Part shown: positions 10,366 to 23,689 of the stretch, piece by piece
Layout: each line of letters begins with the position of its first letter
Position numbering within the stretch: the stretch's first letter is position 1
Source: Vicugna vicugna
Taxonomy: Eukaryota
Assembly: GCA_013265495.1 (NCBI GenBank)
Contig: MU058337.1
Coordinates: 4,878,716 to 4,942,715 of the forward strand
DNA length: 64,000 bases
Direction of reading: 5' to 3'
The notes under the pieces: model-generated
Told to the model about the DNA's origin: nothing
Seen by the model: only the letters and a program-made list of their open reading frames with translations
Databases searched by the model: none
Program-made: the position numbers and the translations under genes

Positions 10366-13300
10366 TTTACTACTTTGAGAACTTGACAGGGACTACCTCA
10401 TTTATTTCTGTTCCCCATATCTAAGGATAGGCACATTGTCAAATTTTGTCTTTCGACTAAATAGTAGATCTACAACAAATCAAAATGGATTATTAAGACA
10501 CAATTTATTAACTAGACTTTAAGGTTGTCAGTAGCTTTCAGTAATTGTTATAAAGGATATTGGATGAGAGTTTTTATACTGGTAAGTAAAAATAAAAATT
10601 CAGGCCTTTAAAGGGATAGCTAAAGAAGCAAGTATAATAGTAATTAGCAAGTGAATCGAACAACAGCCACCACCAAGGTGGGACTCCCATATCAAGCATG
10701 AAAGAGAGAGCAAAATAATTACTGTGGCAAAGGAGACAGTCTCCCAGCCAACCTGCATTATTTCATAAAGTGTTTGTCTTTGTAAATGATGTTAAAGTTT
10801 TCCTTTGAAAGAATGGCTATATTTTATTTAAAGATATTAGACGGTTTCCATGACAACGACCTCTGGAGGAAGGGGATAACTTTTTTTAAACATGCGTCTG
10901 TATTATTCAGTTCACATTATGTACCAAACCAGCTGGTCAAATGCTTTCTCAAGAACTTTAAAAACAGAAACAAAGTAAAACTAAGTGCAATTTTTCATAT
11001 ATCCCATCAGCTAGAGAGAGTATGTATACGAGAGGTGAAGATAGCTTTCCTATTTTAAAGGGAGAGAAACTATGGTGCTAAAGGGTCATGTGTCCAGCCA
11101 CCTAGCAAGTCAACAGTATTTCTGAAAATAAACATCAGGTCTCCAGTCTACAGTTTTCTTTGCCAGAGCTTATCCATCAAATCCGCGGTTAGTCAGCACA
11201 ACTGAACAATTTCCCCCAGCAAAAGAATGCAATTATCCTTGGGCGTGGCTTACCCACCCCCAAGGAAAAAAACCCCAAAATCTTTGAAAGATTTTATCAG
11301 TAAGATTGCAATGAGTAATGAGGGTGAAGGGAGAATTTCTTCTTCTTCTTTTTTTTTTTCCTGGAAGTATGAAAACAGAAAGCCGGATCCAGTGACCTCT
11401 CGGGGCACTTTTACTCCTGAACATTTTAAAATTAGAGAAAAATTTAAGACAGTCAATGCTGTAGATGAGGCAGTTACACTGTGGCTTCTGAGTTCTGCCT
11501 TCCTTATGCCAAAAGATTGCAGCCTCAGGCAAAAATAACTGGGAAATCGGGTGCCAATCCTCACGTAACTCAACAGACCTCTGAATTTGTCTTAATGTTT
11601 CCAGTTGTTCTAATAGTTCCAGTTGCTTTGAAACAGTCTGAGTCATATGGATGTTCACGGGGCCTTTTCAGTATCTACTGTTGTGCTAACGACTTCCTTT
11701 GACGCTGCGAGTGCAGGTGAGACAAGATGGAAGAAATGTACGTGCTGTGCTCACAGAAGAACAAACAGCCCCATGGAAAGCACGCTTGTTTTTATTTGAA
11801 GCATATAATCTTATATTCACCTGTTATCATACTGACTCTGATTCATCAGGGATTTATACTTGAAGCTCAAAATAACATTGCTAGAGGATTGGCTCCCGTT
11901 ACCCCATTCCTTGTGTTCCTCAGCATTAAATCCCCACTTTGGATCCCTGTCTCCATGAAAAATGGGAGGGTAAAAAATGTGACCATGCCCTGCTATGTAG
12001 AAGGTACACGTTTATGTATCTGATGCACTAAACAATTTCAAATGTTAATGTACTTGCTGCATTATATTATCACTGACCTGATTTCTTGAAAGAAGCCACT
12101 TTATAATGGAAAATAACTTTTGTGTTAGATCCTCTTGACAAAACATCACTCCTCTCAGCCTAAAAATGCTATGTAAATTTAAAAACACTTAACTGAATCA
12201 AAATTTAATTTTGCACGGAGATTTTCTGTATGCCCCATTAGGTAGCTGGGGACATCACTGCGGAAAATTATAAAATCACTGTTTTGTTATTTTCCCATCT
12301 GGGATTCCAGTTTCCGCATATTTGATTGATCCCAAGTCCTTAAATGTCACTAAGCAGGGAAAAATCACAAGAGAATCTAAAAAATGTTTTTGCACGAAGG
12401 GCCATATGCGAAGTGTAAAATATATGGTGTACAGAGGGAATTACTTTCAGAAATGTACTTGGAACATGTATGGAAGAAATACTTTCTGGATGTGCTGATA
12501 ATAGAAATAGAAAAGAAAGAATTTGGGTTCAAGGTCTAGATCTCCCACGCAGTGTCGCTGTAAGAGCTGACAAACATGTAAATTCTGTGAGCCTCAGTGC
12601 CCTCATCTTCAAAATATGAGACCCAAATGTGGTCTCCTAGTGTTGACAGCCAATGGAGCCAATTTAAAAAAGCTATTAGATTGTGTTTATTTTGACTAGC
12701 ACAAAAGACAGTCAAGAGAGTGTAAGAGATTGTTATGAGGCAAATAACAATAAGACCAGAAGAAAAAGCATCTAAAATGTCCTGATCCATAAACAATGAC
12801 TGTTTGTAATATGACACGTAATGAAAAACAAAAAAAGAACACTCTGTTTTGGCTCTTTCAGGTCACTCTTTGTCAGGATGTGGAGTGTTTTGTGCACTAG
12901 AGCAAAGGAACAACCTTCTGCCCAACCCCTACTTTCATTCCCAGTCATCACAGTTCAGTGCCTTTTTCTCCTACATACCCAGTTAGATGCTGCTTTTCTA
13001 CTCTAGGCATAAAATCTTTCATATAAAAACTAACAGGAGCTGAAATTCAAAATAGGTGGAAATATGCCAGTTTTGAGCTTAATTTAGGGTGAAAACAGTC
13101 ATAAAACCAATCACGTGGACTTAGTGTGTATACTGGCATAAGGAATGAAGGGGGGGATACCAAAAGCCAATTGCCTAGGGTTCCACAAATGACTGATTTA
13201 AACCCCGATTCCTCTGTTGCCTTGGAAAACAATACTTACAAGGCACCAGAGAACTTCAAAGGCAGTGGGTTTAATGATGACTGTCCAAATGAGGGCGGCC

Positions 13301-14898
13301 ATTAAGTGATTACCGCTTCTTATCCTCCAGCCAGAGGCACAGGACCAGATAAGTTTGTTCAGTTATTCACTAATTTACCAATACTTTATAAGTGCCGGCT
13401 ATAAGCTAACTACTGGGTAAAGGTAGTTAGGAAACCCTAGGCAGTTCCTCTGTTTACAAAGGAGGTACCCATTAGTCTCTAAACATGGAGCCCATTGGTC
13501 ATATATCCCCCATCCTCTCTTCCATCATCAGTTCTTTTGCCAGTCAGATGGTGATAACTTCATGCCAGTTATGTTCTTCTCTTCTACCCAGACCAAGGGG
13601 ATCCTCAGTTGAAAGTGTGGATGGAAAGCAACCTGGCTTCAGACATCCATTTCCCGAAAGTACCTCCCCAGCGCCATTTTGAAATGCCCATTTTCAAATG
13701 AGCTCTGTTCAGCTCAAACAACGCTCAGACCATAAAACGTCTGCTAATGGAATGAATGAATGAATGATTAAGGAATGAATGAGAAGAGAGAGAAAGGAGC
13801 AGGGAGGAAACTTAATTTAGCAGCTGTGTGCTCTGACTCTTTTGCCATTGGGTTATTCTTAAATATAAAATACTAGAAATCTTAAGCTGTGGGGTCTTTT
13901 GATCTTAAGAAATGTGTAGAATAGATGTTCTAAGAAAACAGGATTTTGTACACCCAACAGTTAAAATGTTATGTTACAGTTTGGTAGGTTGGAAAAAATA
14001 TTCAAAGACATATTTTTCAGACTTCTTGTCAGGTGTATGACAACACTTCTAGTAAATTAGGCATAGCCACGACATCACAATTTCACCTTTATCCATTTAT
14101 ATTCATTTATCTTCATTTCTGAGACAATATTTATCTACTTATTGCTGCCCTTTCACTTGTTTGAGTAATAGAAATTGGTTGTCGTGTGTAATCCATTAAG
14201 GTTTCCCCTCCAAGTCATCAATCTTAGCTAATAAAATGCAGACAATCATTTAAAAATTATCTTCAAATGTTGGCAGAGTTACAGACTCACAGTCTGATCA
14301 TTGACCCAGTGACTCATCTTCAGTACAATCGTAGGTGAGCTTCAAAGTCAGAAGAAAGTTTTTCTCTTCTGTCACCAGTCCACCCAAAGCTTCACCCCAT
14401 CTTATCCCAAGAGTATTAACTTATCAGATTCCTCTCCTTCTAATTAGGCGGTAGGTACCTACTGGGCCCCTATGTGTCTAAGACATGCAGTTGATTTTGT
14501 AGAGGATTCAAAAGTGATACAAAGACATCACAAGCAAGACATGGTCCCCCCCCCCAAAAGACAGTATCAAGAGAAGATGAAACACAGGTGCATGAGCAAT
14601 TCCATGTGCAGGGTTCTTTACAGAAACAACCTTAATTTAGAAGAAGCTATGAAAGGAAAGCATTTAAAGAATAGATTTGCTTACTTACGACTTTCAGCTT
14701 CTCCATCATTTTTGTAGTTTGTTTGAGTTATTGACGAGAAGAAATAAGAGGTTCCTCCCACACAACATAAAAGTTCCCACTGCATGTCTTTGAAATGATC
14801 ATGCTTTGCCTTAATGCAGAAACTGATACTGGCGCACAGTTTAACTTTAGCTCAGTCAGAGAGGAAACGTTATGAAAACAGTCAAGGAAAATCTAGAA

Positions 14899-15110
14899 CA
14901 GTGGTACTCAAACTTAATGTGTACAAGAATTATCTGAGCATAATTAAAAATATCTTTGGATGTTCTAATTCAATAGAAGAGGCTACTCCATCCTCAGATA
15001 GTCTGTGTGCTTCAGCAGGTCTGTGATGAACACTGAAAATATGAATTTTAAAGTTCATTCTATGTGACTTTGATTCGGGAAACCCAAGGCCACACACTGA
15101 GATGTTCTGC
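14899..15110. mobile_element. MER5-type hAT-Charlie MITE (decayed)
   Basis: Starts cagtggtactcaaacttaatgtgtacaagaattatctg after tctagaa; ends ccaaggccacacactgagatgttctg. Confidence 0.55.
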
Positions 15111-15394
15111 TGTAGAAAAATGTAATGTGTGACACAGAAGTGCTAGGCTAGTACTGTTTTTCAAAGAACTAAACATTACAGCGTTGTGCTGATGCTTGGT
15201 GTTATTATTCAAAGATTGGGTTAGTTAGCTATTGGTGTGACTTTCAACCAACTAACCAAACTCTTACATTTCTAGAATCAATAATTTTCTCAGGCATTCC
15301 TTTAAGCTTTTCGTTTTTTCTAATTTTTAAATTTTATTTATTTTCTATTATTTACAATTTTATTTTAAAATTATTATTTAATAAATTTAAATTT

Positions 15395-15582
15395 TATTTC
15401 TTCAGCTTTACTACAGACATATAACATATGTAGATTTAAGATGCACAACATGATGATTTGGTACACCTATGTATTGCAAATGATTACTACAACAGGGGTA
15501 GTTAACATCGTCATTGCCTCACATGATTGCCGTTCTGTGTGAGTGTTGTGGGGCAGTGGTAACTTTTAAGATCTACTCTCTT
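15395..15582 (-). mobile_element. L1MA-type 3' end, left part (interrupted by another L1)
   Basis: cagctttact...tttaagatgcacaacatgatgatttggtacacctatgtattgcaaatgattactacaac...ttaagatctactctctt, preceded by an AT-rich tail. Confidence 0.8.
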
Positions 15583-16279
15583 GATCCAGCAATCCCATTT
15601 CTGGGTATATACCTAATGGAAATGAAATCATTATCTTAAAGAGGTATCTGTATTCATTGCAGCATTATTCACACTACCCAAAAAGAAATTAAGAGCTGTT
15701 GATCAATAAACACGTAAAGAAAATGTGGTATATATACACAATGGGATATTATTCAGCCTTAAAAAGAAGGAACTCCTGCCATTTGTGACAACATGGATGG
15801 ACCTGGAGGGCATTCTGCTATGAGAAAAAGCCAAATATAGAAAGACAAATATCGCATGGTATCATTTGTATGTGGAATGTGAAAAAAACATGAAAACAAA
15901 AAACAAAGTCAAACTCATAGAAACAGAGAGTAGAATTCTGGTTGCCGGGGTCTGTGACTAGGGGGTTAAACAGAGGTTGATAAAAGGGTGCAAATTTCCA
16001 ACGGCCAAAAAAAAAGGTCTGAGGATCTAATGTATAACATGGTGACTAGAGTTGATAATACAGTATTATATAATTGGAATTTGCTAAGGGAATAAAATTT
16101 AAATCTTCTCACCAAAAAAAGGCAAATATGTGAGGTGATGATTGTGTTAGTTAACTCAGCAAGGGAGGGGGGTGAAATCCTTCCACAACATATGCATTTA
16201 TCAATCAAATCATCATGCTGTGGACTTTATCTTACAATTTTAACTATCAACCAGACCTCAATAAAGCTGGGGGAAAGAA
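15583..16279 (+). mobile_element. 5'-truncated L1 inserted into the antisense L1MA; 15-bp TSD
   Basis: gatccagcaatcccatttctgggtatatacc...aataaagctgggggaaagaaa; flanked by AAGATCTACTCTCTT (15568-15582) and AAGATATACTCTCTT (16280-16294). Confidence 0.9.
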
Positions 16280-16467
16280 AAGATATACTCTCTTAACAAC
16301 TTTCTAGTGTAAAATAATTGTTCATTATCGTCACCATGCTGTACATTAGACCCCAGAATGTATTCACCTTATAGCTAGAAGTCTGTGCCCTTTGGCGAGC
16401 ATCTCTCCATTTCCCCCACCCCCCAGCCCCTGGCAACCATCATGCTACTCTTCATTTCTCTGAGTTC
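16280..16467 (-). mobile_element. L1MA-type 3' end, right part
   Basis: Continues the left part: gtcaccatgctgtacattagaccccagaatgtattcaccttatagctagaagtctgtgccctttgg...cagcccctggcaaccatcatgctactct. Confidence 0.8.
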
Positions 16468-16534
16468 TTCAGCCCCTTATCTGATCAAGATTACTGATGT
16501 AATTTGCAAATAACCACCTGTCTCATAATCCTTC

Positions 16535-16832
16535 TGTATTCATTTTCTAGGATGGTCTAACAAAGTACCACGGTCTGCATGGCTTCAACAACATTTATTA
16601 TCTCTGTTCTAGAGGCTAGAAATCCAAAAGCAAGGTGTTGGCAGTGTTATTCTCTCTCCGGAGGGGACACTCTTTCCTTGTTTCTTCTGAGGACAGTTTC
16701 TGGAGGGGCCTGTTGACCACTGGCGTCCCTTGTCTTGAAATCCCCAATCTCTGCCTCCATCTTCACATGGCATTCTGCTTGCATGCATGTCTGTCTCCGT
16801 GTCCAAATTTCTCCTTTATATAAGGATGCCAC
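16535..16832 (-). mobile_element. MaLR LTR fragment (MLT1C-like)
   Basis: tgtattcattttctaggatggtctaacaaagtaccac...gttctagaggctagaaatccaaaagcaaggtgttggcag...gtccaaatttctcctttatataagga. Confidence 0.85.
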
Positions 16833-16914
16833 CTGAGATTCTTAAATGAACTTATATGGACCTCTCAGAATTTTCAACTTTAACTTAGATATTTGGAGCT
16901 TCTGTTAAAAATCC

Positions 16915-17370
16915 TATTCACTGAGTATTTATTAAATTGTATTATACATCAAGCAGAGAGCTGGGAAGAAATTAGGGAAGAAAAAGATGGATAAAGCATG
17001 ATTAGAATCCTCAAGGAGCTTCCAAACCTAGTGAAGAAAAAAGAGGAATATAAACAACTATAGTGCAAGATAGAGTAAATGTCAAAATGAAGTATAAACA
17101 AAACACTGTGGGGAAAGTGATAGGTTTTGTCTGGAGAAATCAGAGGAACTTGCTCATAGAATTTGACCTGAGCCTTGAAAGATAAACAAGGTTTCAATCG
17201 GTGGGAGTTAGAGGAAGGAAACTCCAAGCTGAAATACCATCTCAGCATATACAGAGATATGCAAATACATTGTGCACCGAGAGACATACAAGTAATCTAA
17301 TGAGATGGATATGAGCCTGGAAAAGAATGTGGAGCCGAGTCAGGAAGCGCATGTAGCATCACACTGAAAC
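16915..17370 (-). mobile_element. L2 LINE 3' fragment
   Basis: attcactgagtatttattaaatt...ctcaaggagcttccaaacctagtg...atttgacctgagccttgaaagataaacaagg. Confidence 0.65.
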
Positions 17371-17429
17371 CGCCCATGCCTTCCAGCAAAGCTCCCCAGG
17401 GACAGACACACTTGTAGATAAGTCAATTG

Positions 17430-17855
17430 CGTTATTACACTTTGTACCCAGAGAGAACACACACGGTGGGAAGCAGTGAGTGTCTTGCTGGGGGCTCGCT
17501 AGCAGGAACCTGATACAGGATTTGGACTTTGGTTGGGTGACTTGGGGGAGGGTCTGAGCAATGCGGGGTGTGCTCTGGATTGGGTGCTGTCAGAACGTGG
17601 GGGCAGTCTGTGGCTGGGTATCACAACGTCTCATATGTAGAGAGGGGAGACTAGACAGAGCTGCAGTTGTAAAGCAGGAGCAGATGCTCATTTTGTCCAC
17701 GGAGGGACTGTTTGGTATTTTGGGGGTGGCACAGCGACCTGGTCTTAGTCAGCGCTTAGACAAAATTACGAGGTATCGTTGCTTTATTTCATTGCATTAT
17801 GGTTTCAGAGTAACCCTCCCTCCGGGGTCGGAGTCCTGTGAGATTGTTTATGCAT
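17430..17855. mobile_element. ERV-type solo LTR fragment (MER110/MER90-like; family uncertain)
   Basis: caggatttggactttggttgggtgacttgggggagggtctgagcaatgcggggtgtgctctggattgggtgctgtcag resembles recalled ERV1 LTR consensus text. Confidence 0.5.
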
Positions 17856-17859
17856 GCAT

Positions 17860-17968
17860 TCAGATTTGAAAGGTGGGATAAGGTCAGGCAGGCTGCTGTG
17901 TTTCTAACAAGTCACCAAGCGATGCCAGTGCTACTGGTCTGGGGACCACAGTTTGAGTAGCAGGGCTC
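17860..17968. mobile_element. MER5A/B fragment
   Basis: tgtgtttctaacaagtcaccaagcgatgccagtgctactggtctggggaccacagtttgagtagcaggg. Confidence 0.75.
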
Positions 17969-20900
17969 AGTCTGTGTGCACTTAGTTTTTTTTTTACCAT
18001 TTAATACTCTATGAGCTCATTCAATTTCTCCTATGGTTCTGCATTTTCTTCTCTCATTTCCCCTGCCGGTGTCTTAGATGTATGGTTTCTCTTTGTTCTT
18101 TTCCTCCACCCTCACCTCTGCTTTCTTTGCCCCAAAAGGATAATCTTAGTAAATCCATTTACTTCTGTGCTTCATTTAAAAAGCAAAACTAAGTTTTGAA
18201 ATTAGACAAGCTAGATACAGCATTCAGGGGATACTGACTCATACCTCTTCTGTTTATATTTTGTTTTGCATTATAATTCTTGTTTCTAAATGCAAATGTG
18301 AGTACCTGGAAGGAACCACTGGGCAATGCAGGCCTTTCTCAGGGGATTCAGTGTCTCCTTTATAGCTTGGAAGCCATCTGCACTCATGAAACAGATTCTT
18401 GATTGTATTCCTACATCTTATCTTGATTATCTTGAATGAATTGATTACATTTAGCTATGGTCTCAATAGTCTTACAATTAAATGTGTCACTTCAGCAAGA
18501 GTTTAATTTTCTATACCTAAAGTGAAGTAATGAAATGTGTAACAGAGAGAGAGAGAGGGAGGGAAGGGAGGGGAGAGGAAGAGAAGAGAGGAGAACAAGA
18601 ACAGAGGAAGAATGTGTTATCTTTTTTTCTCCTTTTTCTCCTTTTCTGGGAGCATCTCAGCAGCCTCTTTCTTTATAGCTTCGAAAACTGGTGTTAAAAA
18701 TAATTTTTCTTTTTCTCCTAATAAACTGAATCATACGTGAAGTACATCAGGAATCTGCATTTAATGACCATCGACTGTGGCTCCTTTTGCAAATCAAACA
18801 ATAGTTACAATAGTTATTCTATGAAGTTTTACCTTTTCAACAGAGTGTACTTATTATGTTTTTTATGTCATGAGCTCTAGTGTATATACAGTTTGGGCCT
18901 CGTTGTCATCTGCATTTTGTAGAGAACTGAGACTCACAACTAGCGTGACTTTCTCAAGAGAATCTAGCTGATGAGGAGGGGAGCCAGCAGCAAACCACCA
19001 GTCTCCCGGTAAATCCCAGGCCTGTATCCCCGCCTATGAGGTGATTGCTTCTGAAATAGCTACTGGGTAAATTCAGATCGTCTCTGAAAAGTATTCACTG
19101 CTGGAAAAGCTGAGTTGGCATCTTCTGTTCTTTGGCTCCCTAAGCCATTCTGAATCCCTTCTAACATAGGAAGAGGACAGATGGATGGATGAATGGATGG
19201 AGGGGTGGGTGGGTGCATGGTGGGTGGATAAGCAGTCAGACCACTTCAAGGACATAGGGAATAACATGGGGAGAGACCTCCTCACATCCTTCACTCTCAT
19301 TCCTTAAAAACCACAACAGGAAAGTAACCCAGTGCCTCCTTCAAAGAACTGGTATTTGGGGGATGTACCCTGAAACACAAGGGTTTGGATGGAGTTCAAA
19401 CTTCATTAAAACAAATTCCAAGGGACTGTTGGACGTTTTATTCTATTGCATTTTGCTACATTTAATTTTTTTAGCCAGAAATAATTGGGCCACTGTAGAG
19501 CTTTTTAAAACTGAACTTATGTATATGATTTGTTTTGCAATATCATCTGTAAGAGTGAAATTTTTATACTCTATTTGTATTCAACCAAGAGCTAATAGTC
19601 AAGTCCCCCCAACTCCTAGAGCAGAATAAATAAATCCAGATCTATATTACCAAAACAAGATATTTACTACTATAATATAATACTCTAATCTAAAATTGGA
19701 GAGGAGTTATATAATATTATGAAATACTATATGAAATACTACATACTATGGTGTGTATGTATATATAGAGATGTTAAGATCTGTATCTGTCTGAGATTCA
19801 ATATTCATATTAACAATACAATTCATCATAAGAATTTGTCAACCAGTGGGCCACTTGCTTTACCTGCGTGGAATTTTTTCCTGCAGTGTTTCCCTTCAAA
19901 TCCGGGAAACTGGTGGAATTGATGTGTTCCCTTAAAGAGCTGCAGAGGTTGCAAAGGCAAGATGAAGTGGTTTGAGATGATGAAATTACAATATTATATA
20001 GACTATATTTAATTTCTTTCTTATGTTTCCTGCTGAGTCTTCACCAACAGATCTATTTGCCAAATACTTGAATGAAGAATAACAACTAAATATGAGACCG
20101 GCTTCTTTCCTCTGTCTTGTGTGAGTGGTGTCAGGCAGTAGCTTCCTTTGGGTTAAATGCCAATCTGAGGTTTAATTTTATGTAAAATGCAGTTAATGAA
20201 TAAAAGTTAATTTTTATGGTGAAGAGCTCTATCAGATATCCATGCAGGTGTTTCTGAATCAGATGTGTCTTTCCTGTTATTTTGGAGCAAAAGGTCTTGA
20301 TTCTGAAGAAATGGTTGCAGAAATGCATATGCCATTGAAGTAATTTTTACCATAGAAAACGCCATGAAAAGAGTTGTCCACATAGTTTCTGCTCAGTATG
20401 GGGCACTCATGTCTCATCCTTTTCCTCAAGAGTCTTGAATGTGAGGTTGGTGTGTAATACACAGCCAACACTATCCATCATTAAAGCAGGGATAACTTCG
20501 ACATCTAAATATGTATGCATTTTACAGTATTTTAAGCCATTTCCCCATTTTATTGACATGAAGCAATAGAAGGGATCCTTTTGAAAGCTCATTTTTGTGT
20601 CTTAATGAGCTTGTTATCTTGCCCCAAGAATTGTATCCCTTGGCAGTTTCACAAGAAGCCACCTTATCTGCCCGGCATCCCCAGTTATCTAACTACCTAA
20701 CAAGGTCAAATGTCCTGTAGCTGAGAAGCCTACGTGCAGCCATTTCCAGTACTGATTTCCTCCGACCTCTGAACTTTCACAGCTGTTAGCCTGTAGCACA
20801 GTTTTGTTACATCTAAATATTTGCTTGTCTTATGGGCTATGCATGTGCAAACACAACTGTGCACATGCACACACACTTTCAGTGATTTATAGACTTACGA

Positions 20901-23689
20901 GTCCCCTCGGGCCGTGCGGCATAGCTTAGTCCATCACTGTTTTACACACTGGACTCCCCCTGAACCTTTTACTGGGGAAAGTGGTCTACAGCTAAGAGAA
21001 GTATGAAAACGTTAATGCGTTTCATATCTTCATTTTCAGTTTCTTGCAAGCATAAATTATAGCTTAAAATTGTTTCAACTGCCCACCCCTCCCCAGTGCC
21101 TCATACGTCTCATGCTCCGTAAATATTTGCTGACTGACTAATTTTACTGGCAGAGCAACTCAAGGTCAGGCCTGGACAGGCTTTTCCACGGTGTAGAGCT
21201 TGGCTCTGATAGCCTCTGCCTCCCTAATAATTAGAAACCTCTTTCAGTTCTAGAGGAATGTGCTTAACACTGGACTCAGAGCAGTAAAACCCAGTCCAAT
21301 CTGGCTTTTATCTGCTTCTTTGAGAAGCTGGAAGAGGCCTGTCTTCTCACAAGCCCACAATACCACAATGGAAAGAACTTCAGGCCACAGAAATTAACAG
21401 AGCAATCTCCAGCTCTTCATGCAATACATAGACCGAGGGTGATGGATGTCTTGATCTAAAGTTCATAGCAGTAGGTGAGTAAAAATCCATCAAGCTAGCA
21501 ATGGGCCAAGCAGCATCTCATCGCATGTAGAGCAGTGAATGGAGCCTCTAGACAAGGGGGTACCCAGGAGTGAATGTGACGTCACCTAGTTGGAGTTCAA
21601 AAGTCAACTCATCTGTCACTGCACTGTCAAGTTCACTCACCTCTGCTGAACCAGGAGGCCACCCAGATTCCCTGCCGGGTTAAAGAGACACTCAGGGTGC
21701 TCAGTTGATCATTCTGCTTGAGGAGAGAGAACTGACAGATATGTGTAGGTGGTAGGATGTATCAAAAAGGAAAAAGTAAACAGGAGAAAGGTCAGGAGAA
21801 TATAAAACTTTGCCCAGATGAATCTGAAGAAAGGATAGCTTTCAATCTATGGAAACATAACAGGTAAAGATAGGAAAGGAAATCTGAGAGGATGAGGAAC
21901 TCATAATGGTACAGAACACTGCTGACACTTAGCAGACTGTGAATAGAAAGACAACTCTGGCCTAGTCATGCAGGGCGACTGCAGAGTAGATAGTCTACAA
22001 AACTCCCCAAGATACATTTTCTTATTTTATTTTGCCCTATTCATTAGAACTTGTTTAGGAATAATTTAGGTGAAATTTATTTTAGTGCCAAGTGTCCTTG
22101 GCAAGCACCATTTGCCATCGTTTGATGAGACCGGATTCATGCGGAAGGGCTTATTCTCTCTGAGGACAGTGATGCAGGGGCTGTTCCGTGGGGAGCCCTG
22201 GTCTCCAGCAGAGCTGGGGATGCCCACTGCTTGGTCTCTGCTCCAGCCTGGACAGCTGAGGGGAAAATAGCCACGCCCACACCCAGGTATGGGTGGTCTG
22301 TAGAACAATGCATTGTTCTTCTTTAAAATAAAAGCAGACTGGTTACCTATTTATTCTAAAAGGTATATATTTCAAAATAATGACATTCTAAAGAGTCAGT
22401 GTTATAAAAAATAAAAATAATGAGATAAACATGGAGGCCGTTTGGGTGAATTCTAACCTATGATCAACCAAATGCCTTTGCCATGAGTCTTCTGCACGGG
22501 CTCTTCTACCTGCTCCACTGAGAACCTTATCTTTGGCTGCACTGCACGCATCTCAGGGGCTGAACATCTGGCAGAGACTGTGTGACTTCTGCCTGTTCCA
22601 AGAAGCCTGGGTGCTCCTTGACATGACAGGCCATAAAAGACAGGGAACACAGGAGCATGGAGGTTGGTCCTGGACGTAATACCCGCAACTGTCTATGCAA
22701 ACAACCCTGGAAGATACTTCTGCCAATTATGGCATTTCGTCATTCAGATTGATTATTCTTATGCCATAGAGTGTCCAACCTAGAACAAAATTTATTTTTT
22801 GCTTGATTTTTTTTTCTTTCAGACAATGGAGGGAGAAAAGAAAGGAGCATAACAAAAGGGGTAGGGGAGGAGTGATGAAGACAGGAGGATAATGTATTAC
22901 AGAATAAGCTGGAGAAACCCTGCCCTGAAACCCTAACTTTCTGGTGTAAAACAAGGGGAAATATCTGGTGATCGTGTTGTTTGGCAAACAAACAGTGCAT
23001 GTGCAGTGAAAAGCCTTGGAAACCTGATGCCACTTACTATTATGATATTACGGAGAAGTTATCTTCTCATTCTTCATGTTCTTACCTATGAAGTGGAATA
23101 ATAATATATAGTTTGCATGTTTGTTTTAAAGGTAAAATTTTTAAATCCACAAAATATCATCCAATGTTTACCGTAGTAGGCACCTCATAAATGTTGACTG
23201 GATTTAATTAAAGAAATTGTATCAAATTTATGAAGCACAAGTTATCAAACAAAGTGGAGCAGTTTTATTAATATAATAAAACTCTGTGATGTAAGTAGTA
23301 GATTTGATATGTTGCCTGATGTCAAATATTTAATAGGTGATTCAGAGAAATTTAATATGGCATGTTGTCCTCCTTCAGGTATAAAGAAATTTAAAGAAGA
23401 GCCAAAAAGGATTAGAATAGCCTGGATTTTTGTCATCATTACTGCAGCAGTAATGGTAAATGAATTGTGATGACTGTACACCACACTGCTGTGAGGACAG
23501 GTAACATACTCACCAGCAGAATTCTGAACCAGAATTCTTAATAAAATCCTCGTAATTTATTTGGAGTTGATGTCAAATCATGTATTGGTGAAAGCTGGAG
23601 GCTTAAAATTGACTAGTTTGAAAATCAACAAGTTTGAGCATTCATGAAAAAAATGATTAGATGTTGAAATTTATCTCTCTTAAAGAAAC

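Noticed and set aside
11338..11360. (TTC)4 plus poly-T as the orthologue of the SCA27B GAA/TTC repeat
   Set aside because: Only four units; as I recall, the human disease repeat lies much farther upstream of exon 1A than this window reaches.
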